NCBI GenBank assembly: GCA_964247055.1
Contig: OZ176056.1
Coordinates: 6,882,001-6,946,000 of the forward strand
From: Paragordius varius
Taxonomy: Eukaryota; Animalia; Nematomorpha
Direction: 5' to 3'
Length of the DNA stretch: 64,000 bases
The translations under genes and the position numbers were made by a program. Positions within the stretch are counted from its first letter, which is position 1; each line of letters opens with the position of its first letter. Under the pieces are notes generated by a model, which saw only the letters and a list, made by a program, of their open reading frames with translations, was not told the origin of the DNA and did not search any database. Positions 54,301 through 64,000 of the stretch are shown piece after piece.

Positions 54301-57300
54301 TTTAGTCAACGTGACATGTGTGCATTGGCTTAATTGACATTATCCAAATAAACCACTTTTTCTATTTATATCAATGTTAGATGTGATTTAAATAAAAAAG
54401 AACACGATATTTTGCAAAAATTATACAAAGTAAAAATGACGTCATGGAACTTTTTTTAAAACGAAATTTAATTAAGCTATTATATCTTATTTATATAATT
54501 ATTAGGATAGAAGAGTTTTTTAAAAGTTTTAACTTTAATTTTATGTGGGATAATTAGATACCCCAAATCGAATCGAAGTGTTAAGAAAAAAATAAATTTT
54601 TAATATGATGCATGACTGTATTTATTAATATGTTGATAAAAATTTTCTTTTATTTATACAAATCATTATTCTTATAATATCTAAATTTACAACGAATTAC
54701 AGAGTAGATTAAAATATATTGACTAAACTTAAAAATATAACAATTTTTTTAAGACATTTAATTTTTTATTAAAATTTAATTCAACATTGATATAAAATAA
54801 ACAATTGTGCTATTTATATTTTACAGTTTAAGAAGTATGTTTAAAAAAAAAATATTTCAATGTTTTTACGTTTGTTTGTTTAATTTTAATTTTAGTGTAT
54901 ATAGAATATGTATGCATTTTAATAGTTGCTTATTTCACACTATAGTTCGCAACATACTAATGTATGTAAAAAACTACATATTGAATAAAAAAAATTGTCC
55001 TTTCGTTTTTCCATGCATACTACTGTGTTAATTGCCCAACTTTAGTGTGATATAAGTCACCATTAAATTACACATACTAGACAACAAATTTTGGCTTTTT
55101 TTAAACTGCCATTCTTGTACATTTAAATTTATTTCATTAAAGTACATAATTAGTATATCTGAAAAAAAAATTGGTCTGACACCTAAGAATTTTATATTGA
55201 AGCTTATCAATAATTTTTTGGCCTTAATTTAATATTAAACCCGAATTTTTGAAATTTAAAAGTTTTAGATATGAAGCCATGTATTTTATATTATTCGAAA
55301 GAGCGTGAAAAACTATACAGTGGCGTATGCAGTAAAAGATTGTTAGTGCAAAATAATCTTAATGAACACAAAACAGGGGGACAATTTTCATATATTAATT
55401 ATCATTCAGTCCTATTTATAAACATATCCATAATATCCCCCTCATTAAGATTATTTTGCACTAACAATCTTTTACTGCATACGCTACTGTATCTTTCATT
55501 AGTGTCATTTATGTATATCACGGATGTAAAAGTTATTTGGGTTTATATGATCGAAATTTTCAACCCTTATATAGGTCAAAAATTTTCACAGTCAAACTAG
55601 CTTGAAAATCAGATAAATTATTTTAATATAATTATTAGGGTTATATTAGTATTTAATTTAAAAAAATGTTTGAAAAAGCTTTTGGTTTGCCTTTTTAATA
55701 AAAATTATTATTATTATAAATATTTTACCTAGTGACTAAAATGCATAGTTATAACTGTAAATTTATTACATAATGGCTATAAAAGATCAAAAATACCTTA
55801 AAGTTTGTTTTAATCCTTAAAATTTCCAAATTATTAGCCTCGTAAATAAAATAAATTAATATTGATGAGATGGTAATTTTTAATAAAACAAAAAACTTAA
55901 AAATGGCTGTTTTGAGTGACTTAAAAGCGATAAAAAAATGTCTTAATCAAAAGAATTTTCTTGTGTTATCTTTTTGGACATTCATCACCATTTGGACAAA
56001 GTTTGAGCTATTTTCATCCATTAGTTTTAAAAATCTATTAATTAAAAAAAATGCTCTCGCTTCGCGCGTTTGTCGCTCTCTGTGTCCAACTGTCGATGTA
56101 ATACATATTAGTATGCATTTTATAGAGTTTTGATTACTCTTTCGAATGATATATTACAAATGGGCATTACTTGTATATTTAAGAAAAACATTTATTAGTA
56201 AAATTTTGGTAAAGAGGACGCATAATAAAAAAAATAGTTATACAAAATTCTTACGTGGAGTTATAATTTTTATTTCCGATTTACGATATTAAATATCAGA
56301 AAATGCAAAAAACTCGAGTGGCAGAAAAATTTGTTGTCCAGTGTAATTCTGTAATTTTCAACATGCAAGAGTTTAGAGAGTACAATATTTGTGTTTTTCT
56401 GTTTTACCCAAAAAAATCGTTAATTTGATTTGAGTAACATTTTATATATAAAGTAATTTTAAACAAAAAAAATGAAATAACACGACATCAATTAGTTTCC
56501 ATTTGAAAGTTGGGTATCTTATAAATATCTTTAATATTTTGTCAGTTTTGAAAATTACACATAGTTTTATATAGAGAATGTATCACTAATTATTATTGTG
56601 GATAACTTATTGTGCCCTTGTAAGCTTAGTGCCGTTACATGTATATAAATAATCAAGGTATAAATAGAAAATTAATAATAATAAATATGTTATAAACTTA
56701 CAGGGAGATTTGGTAATTTCAATAATAAATATATTATAAACTTACAGGGAGATTTGGTAATTTCAATTTCTTCAATCATAATACCCTGATAAAATGCATA
56801 TAATTTTGTTTTAGCACCAATGGGGATATTTGTCATATTAATGACTCGACTTTTAGCAATATCTAGGGTATAATTTTGAAGCGACGAATAAAAATGTATA
56901 ATACATTTATCACGGTTGTTGCATAAACTGTCTAGATTATTACGAAAAATAAATTTGTCCCCATATATACTGAGTGAATACGTTTTGGCCGTTAATTTAT
57001 TTTTTATAATGTGAACCAATTTATCAGGACGATGTGCATTTCGGTATGATACATTAATATCTTCTTTTTCATCAATTAAGTAATTAGAATCAATAGTATA
57101 GGGTTTATTATTTATTATTACGAATGAGTCTTTCGTCAATACATGAAAATAATTGGTTAAATTGGGTTTCATAGTAGAGAATGAGTCGTAGTTTATATAT
57201 GAGGTTTCCGTTACAGCTAGTATATAGGTATGGTTGTGATTTATTATAGTGAATTGATGAAAAATGGATTGGAGAAATTATGTTTAATAATCTATTTAGT

Positions 57301-60300
57301 TTATATTTTACTAGCAACTATTATAGTTACTTTAACAAAATTTTTTATGGAATCTGCCAACCCCAAATAAATACAAAAGGTGATTTATTATAAACATTTT
57401 TAAGCTAAAAAAATAAATTACCTTCCAAAGTTACAATTCCATACGCTAATACTTCTCTATTCATACTCAAACAATAAGGGCCTTCCAAATCAACCTTCAT
57501 TAGGGGTTGTTTTTTCAATAAATTATCATAGTTGACATTGGGTATTTCAAACCGGTAATTATTAATTTTCAATTGGATATTCTTTTTGCCCTCAAATTTA
57601 GGAGCACCCATTAATACACCGTTGAAAAGATATGCTTTTAAATTCTTTTCCTGACTGCTATTTTTATCTGTTATATATATGAAAGAGAAAAAAAAACATT
57701 TAAAAAATTTAATGTTATAGTCATATATATTTTCATATAAATCCAATTAAAAAGTACTTATTGAAAAATAACGCTCTCCTAATAAAATGTCTTGGTTAAC
57801 AAGACCAATTGTTCCATTTACACAATTGTAAACTAAATTCAGATCCATTATCCTGACTCGTACAGCCGTACTATTAGGTTTCAATTCAAATCCTTGTGCA
57901 TAATTGTTCCCATTGATGCGTATATGACTTGTAGACAAATTTATTTGCATATTAGTGGGAGATAAATAGAAAATAGCGTCCATATTTTCACTCATATCCC
58001 ATGTTATGGTATTTGTTTCTACAACTAACAATATAAAATGATTACTATGGTTATCAATGCATGCATCAGCTAAATAAATAATGTATTCTGACCATTATCA
58101 GTATAAAGCAGTAATCCTTAGTCAAAAAATTTTACCATAAGAAAAAAAGTCGTTTTCGATCATCCCTGGTAAGTTAAAATATATTCTCAAAAATTAAAAA
58201 TTTTCAATTCATTTTTAAAATGTTTTTCCTACCAAGGGTTGCGATTCGTGTTCCAATTATTTTGTCGAAAAAAGTTTCTGATTTTGTTTATATTAAGGTG
58301 GTTCCCAAAAAGAGGAGGAGGGGACGACGCTTTTGGATATGTACTATTTTTTGATAATTGGTTTATTGAATATTATTTTTAAATCTTAATTATTAAGTTA
58401 TAGTTAAAGTATTAAGAAGTAATCATTGTTGTATTTTTAAATTTACACATATTGTATCTATTATTTTTCTCATGATGATTCTTATCATTTATTTAATTAA
58501 AAAAATAAAATAGCCTTAAAGCTAATAAATGGTTTTAAGTGTAAAGTATTTCTTAGTCTTGTCCATTCTGTAAAGTATATATTTTCTCAAAAAATGTATT
58601 TTAAACCTTTTGAACAAGTATTTATGAGATTGATTTAATTAAAAAAATAATTTAGAAACAAATTGAAGGTTATTGATCTCAGGTACAAATTATCAAGATT
58701 TGTCCCTGTTATGGAAAATATATTTTAACATTTGCAGATACAAGCATTTCATCGATTATTTCGAATACAATAATATTGCATTTTTTGCTTTTTTTGGGTG
58801 GAGGATCGGGGAGGGGGGAAAACGACAAATTTTTTTTCCATTTGATGGGGCCTGAAAAAAAATGGTTGAAAACCATTGGATTTATAGTTATAATATCGAT
58901 TAAATTAACGTATAATTCCAATTGAATTCAAATAATGGGTACAAGATTAAATATTTTAGGTTATAATTATTTATAAGATGTAAAAAACATTCTTTAATAT
59001 TTTTTTAATGCGTCGAACAAACCTTTTATTTACAGCAAGGTTTAACCTAATTTTATGTTTTTTCTCAGTTGGAGCCGGAACCGGCTCTATTGGGATGAAA
59101 CCAACCCGGTTCCGGTTCCAATCGTTCAGGAACCAGCCTGGTTCCTTTCCACCTCCTTAATTACTGGTTTCCATATGATATTTATTATAAAAATTTCATT
59201 AAAATTTGATATTCTTTAAACCTAAAACTAAGCCTCTATTATTTTATTAGTGATATTGTCTAAATTTTGGGCGATTCGGCTGTTTAAGGAAAAACCTATA
59301 TTCTTATCTTAAGTTCATTATAATACATAAGTTCGTATATATAGGTTTCTGCTGAAAGGAGTTTTTTTCACCCTTATTTTCGACCTGGGAAGCAGTTTGA
59401 CCACCGATTGGCTTAGTGCAATAATTAAAGTTAAATAAAAATTTTTTTTAGATGCCATACTTAATTTAACACTTACACTAGTCAACAAGGTTTTGCACCA
59501 TCCCATTATTTTTGCATTTTCTGATACCTAATGGCATGGAAAGGCCAAAACAAAAAAGAAAATTGAGGCCACCAATAGGATTTTTCCAAAATTTACTTTT
59601 TAAATTTGTATTTAATTCAAAAATAACAATCATTCCTCGTGTACATATGTTTAAAAATTCAAACAAGCAAGTCGATACAAGTAATATTCCATGCATGGAT
59701 AACAAATTCTAGGCATTAAATGAGATACTAAACAAGCTAAGAGCCAAAGTATTAAAAATTTAAAAGAGGCTTATGTATAGTGTGATAGATATGGGCGGCT
59801 GCACACGCTCTGCATATCCCCCAAGCGATCCTATAATTATGCCAGATATGGCAAAGATAACAATAAGTAATCGTAAAGTCCGATAAGAGAGACTTGCAAG
59901 CAAAATCTGGCAAATTGACATGTCCAATTAACCAATTTACAGAATAAAGTTAGATAAATTCTACAATTAAATTAAATATAAATTAGGTAAATACAAATGG
60001 TCCAACCCCATAACAGTAAATTCTACTAAAAGTGGCTACACAACATCTATCTGAAATTCAAAATACAAAACAACCAATAATTTCAAAAAAATAAGGTATA
60101 TCCACTAGGTATAAATAAAGGATTTTTTATAAGAACCAACTCAAGAGAAAAAGTCTAATAAGTACTCGAAAGAACGAAATCTAACAAAAAAAATATAGCC
60201 TATCTGAAAGCCGAAGGTTTAAACCATATAATGCCTTTTTTAGTATTTTGTTAAAAAAAATTTATATGTGTTAAAAATTCACTTGAAAAAAAAGACTAAA

Positions 60301-63300
60301 TTTTGACGTTTAAGTCTGTACTATTTTTTTCTCTCTGATATTTAAATGACATATTTATATTCAAAAGATAGAGTTTAAAACGCTTTATTAAATGATATTA
60401 GATTTATAATATAATAACATTTTATTATAAAGTTATATTTAATTTTTTCTCGATTTTCTCTTGTTTTTGAGAAATTGAAAAACCTATAAAATTTCAAATT
60501 CTGATTGGCGGGATCAAAAATTTTTTCAAATTCGGTTTTAAAACACTGAAATTAGTCATAATTTAAAATGTTTGAGTGGTGGTGCTTAAAAATGTCCAAA
60601 TTTGTCGACTAGTGTTATATATACCTTTGTACTTATACATTTTCCTATTATATTTTTATAATTTGTTTCATTTTCTCTACTATATTTTTTCCACTATATA
60701 TTTGGAATATAATAAATTATTTGATTAATAATTGCTAATAATTTGGTTGTATTATTATAATTATATTGTAAGGAAATCATTTTATCAAAAGTCAAGAACC
60801 GCAAATGGAACCAGTTCTAAATGTAAAGAACCAGTTCCGGACTTAATTTCTAAAGGACCAACGCGGTTCCGGTTCCACTCGTTTTTTTGTCCGGTTGCAA
60901 GCCCTTATTTTCTCTTTATTTTATTGCTTAAAATATTTGTACGTCACAACGGCAAAACTAAATATAAATCTTTTGGCCTAAAAATTGTTTATGCTTTACG
61001 TGATTTCTTATAACCAAAGTATGGATCCGAATTTTTAAATCAGATTTGTATTCAGCTTTTTATAATCATCAGTTAAATTTATATTCTAACTTAATATGAA
61101 ATTTTTTTAATTTAAACCATTCCATACTATTACAAAATAATTATTTATCAGCGTCAATTAGTTGTAATTATATAAAAAATGGATCCGTGTGCATAAAGAT
61201 CAAATGATTGATTATATGAAAAAAATAAATTACTATATAATTTATGTTCTCCTAATAATACATCTTTGAACTTGAGCTGAATGTCATAAGATTTATAGGT
61301 AGTTAAATTATGATTATTGATTTTGACTTCAACTCTTCCATTTTTTATATCCATATCAAATTGATGATTTTGGCCATTTATTATTAGATCACTTTTCGTA
61401 ATGTTTACATCAGGGATTGGTGTGCGTGGGAGGTGGAAATTGACCACGATATCCCTTCTATCTCTCCATATTGTATCTTTTTCTGTAACATTTAGTATTT
61501 ATTAAAGGAATCATAAAAAAATAAATTATATGAATGGTCGCAAGTTCGATTTGCGTCGTGTACGCACAAAATTAACTATTTAATTATTATTATTATTATT
61601 ATTATTTGATGGCTGAAACTATGGAAAGAATGGCAAAATGATAAATTTAGTGGAATTCATGAAAAATATTTAATTAATACACTAATAAGCGTAATCACAA
61701 AACTCCATTTTATGGCTTATTAAGCTAAATTTTATTTATGACTTATCATAATTATCCCAGCAAAACGAATTTATTAAGAGAAGCTCTTAAAGCAAACATT
61801 TAAAATAGTAAATATCGCTTTTTAAATGTTATATAAAGTTTCCAAAATCGGCGTCATTGGCAGTCGCATGACTTCTGCCATAATAAGCATTTGATATAAA
61901 TAAAACATCGTCCTTAAACTAATTATTAGATCATGTCTTTCTTTTCGTTAATGTTCATTTAATACCTTTAGAATAAAACTTTTAATGGGCCGCAAAACAA
62001 AATTTACTTATCTTAAGGGCCAAATACTGATAAAATTTAAATGGTGTTTGACATATTTGCATATGTTAAACTTCAAGTACGTTAGGGACACTTTAGTTTA
62101 ATAAACACTGTTTTAGAAAGAGAGAGACTTTATATTCTTACTACTTTAAAAATAATTGATTGTAGTGTTAAATTTTATAATTAATTTCAAGTTTTTTATG
62201 AGGATCATATGCAGATGCCATGTATCTTTTGATATCGCATTCATTTTAGGGGGTTAAATTTTTGTATATTACAGTAAAAATGAATTTATACGGACAAAAC
62301 GTAAAATAAATAATTTTATCTAAAAGACAACCATACTTTTTTAAACCTTGGTTTTTCTTACATTATATATTTAATGACCCCGGGTAAAATTGATTGTGTT
62401 ACCAATATACATGTCTAATAAATACTTTGCAAATTTTGAACAATGAGCAATAAAAAAAACAGATTTAAAAAATATGGTTGTTTTTTAGGAAAAAAAATTT
62501 TTGTCTTTATATTTTTACATTTTGTCCGTATAATTCCAATTTTTACTGTATATATTCTGATGTTTTCCGTAATCTAAAAATACACTATACAAAAATAATT
62601 CTGTTGGCAATCATTGTAAGCCTTTCCTCCCTAAAACATAAAGCCTTTTTGATGTTAGGGGTAGTCTTTACAAAAAAATTTGCGCTAACGTCAGCAGATA
62701 CATATATTTTTTATAGACTAGTGTGCGAAAAATTGCTATAGTTGTGTCTAGGCCTATTGGCTGAGATAAATTTGTTGTTTTTTATCTTGATATATTTTAA
62801 ACTGAAGCTCTGGGATATTGATATAACTACATGTTTTTATACTATATGTGTTTGGCAACATGTATGGAAAAACAACAAAATCTTGAAAAATTACATTTTT
62901 TCCTATGTCATAATACATCTACTGTATTACATTTTAACCATAATGTGAAGCCAGCATAAGTGTGCAAACTGTGCAATTATAGGTCACCACAGCAATTTTT
63001 AAGAAATGTTTTCTGAGTATAAACGATTTTTTACATATATTTTCTAATAATTTTTAAACTTAATTTAAAATTTGCATAATAACATTTTCTTATCATTTTT
63101 TAATGTTTTGAGACATTGCACATGCTCCTTTCCTATGAACCCAGTAATTACCGCAACTTAAGGGTCACATGTGGCAATAAGTTGCTAGGGTCTTCAAATT
63201 ATTAAATTTATGTACTAATTTAGGTTATAATATGCAAATGTGAAAAATAGTTATCAAGTTTTAATTAATATTATGGCCGGAATAATATTATTTGGTGAGT

Positions 63301-63884
63301 ACCATTGTATTAAGCTATTTATTTCAAAATAATCCAATCTTTTTGAGTTATTTGGGAAACTTCATTTATGAAGTCCCAATTTTTTAAAAAAAATTCTTAC
63401 ATATTTATAAATTTTTTGTTTAAAAACATAGGGTGTTAAGTTTAGATTAATAAATTACAATATTATTATATATTATACGGGGGGCAGTATCTGTTAATTT
63501 ATTAATTTAAACTGAAATATGAGGCTGTTCAGGTTATGCACTAAAAATTAAATTAATTTTTATAAAATTTTTTGTAATATATATATATATATATACAACA
63601 TAAAAATATAAAAAACCCGTTATCCAAATTTCATATTGGTAGGAATTGGTTGATGTATTACAGGTGTAATTTCCGCTATAATTCACCGCTCTGGGTATTA
63701 AAACTTCATTGTTAAAATTATTAATTTTATGATTCCACGATTGACAAAAATTAGCCTTAATGGGGATGTTTCTACCGTCGTAAGCGGAACGAAACAAAAA
63801 TATATATTTTTGTTCTGGTCCAATACCTAAAATTGGACTTAGGATAATAAATATTGGTATTAAAAAATAACGAATTTGAAACAT
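48334..63884 (-). CDS. Unrecognised secreted, N-glycosylated modular protein (~692 aa, 9 exons, all introns phase 1)
   Basis: Exons 63884-63617, 61482-61234, 58024-57758, 57667-57422, 57310-57122, 57063-56746, 55182-55078, 50083-49832 and 48518-48334 total 2079 nt. All boundaries are GT-AG, every internal exon length is a multiple of 3, and no junction creates a stop. The N-terminus MFQIRYFLIPIFIILSPILG looks like a signal peptide. Linking the last three exons to the first six is the least certain part. Confidence 0.7.
55318..55489. mobile_element. 172-bp hairpin MITE, second full copy of the CAGTGGCGTATG family
   Basis: ta|cagtggcgtatgcagtaaaagattgttagtgcaaaataatcttaatga...tcattaagattattttgcactaacaatcttttactgcatacgctactg|ta. 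Confidence 0.9.
56678..56765. repeat. 44-bp tandem duplication (43/44 identical) spanning an exon end and its 5' splice site
   Basis: The unit ataataaatat(g/a)ttataaacttacagggagatttggtaatttca occurs twice. Confidence 0.95.
59060..59160. repeat. Dispersed GGAACC/GGTTCC-rich repeat family (probable hAT-type MITE ends)
   Basis: Clustered ggaaccgg/ccggttcc motifs ending in ccacctcc. Related patches are at about 22655-22800, 51440-51580, 52030-52110 and 60795-60900. A VSAERSF-like hAT dimerisation motif lies nearby on + at about 59345-59365. Confidence 0.45.
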
Positions 63885-64000
63885 AAATTACAATCTATAA
63901 AACAATTCGTACAATAATATAAACATAAAAATTATATAATAATAATATTTACTTAATTTATTAGGCGTTTTATTACTACATATCTACGTGGCAGAATTCA

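Noticed and set aside
56560-56665. U12-like branch site (ccttgat) plus an AC acceptor as an extra exon of the orphan gene
   Set aside because: The upstream donor is U2-type (gtaagt) with no RTATCCT donor. A canonical exon at 55182-55078 already completes the frame.
61184-61186. Non-canonical GA donor ending exon 2 of the orphan gene
   Set aside because: A canonical phase-1 GTAATT donor at 61233 fits and aligns with the end of the paralogous exon 3.
1-64000. Assigning the organism to a specific phylum
   Set aside because: Composition, gene content and intron style indicate an AT-rich invertebrate, but nothing in the window is diagnostic without a database search.

Overview
This is very AT-rich (roughly three-quarters A+T by eye), intron-rich animal genomic DNA. 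I cannot assign the taxon. The left half is gene-dense, with four conserved spliced genes that I reconstructed exon by exon with consistent phases: the 3' part of IBA57 (+), a CPEB1/Orb-type RNA-binding protein (-), a neutral sphingomyelinase of SMPD2 type (-) and WDR1/AIP1 (+). The last two are head-to-head, with only 139 bp between their ATGs. The 33-47 kb region is mostly degenerate transposons: an RTE-clade LINE with a PHD-like finger, an RTE 3' fragment and two mariner relics. The right quarter holds a 9-exon minus-strand gene (63884-48334) for a ~692-aa signal-peptide protein built from phase 1-1 exon modules, which I do not recognise. Splicing is unusual: an AT-AC minor-spliceosome (U12) intron in WDR1, a 24-nt GT-AG intron inside the sphingomyelinase catalytic motif, and an ATG-less phase-0 first exon of CPEB1. 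Introns are packed with non-autonomous DNA elements. These include a group with CCATTT...AAATGG ends, TATA flanks and 21-bp subterminal arrays whose unit sequence differs between subfamilies while the period stays fixed. I found no rRNA, tRNA or CRISPR array. All homology statements come from recalled family motifs, not from database searches.
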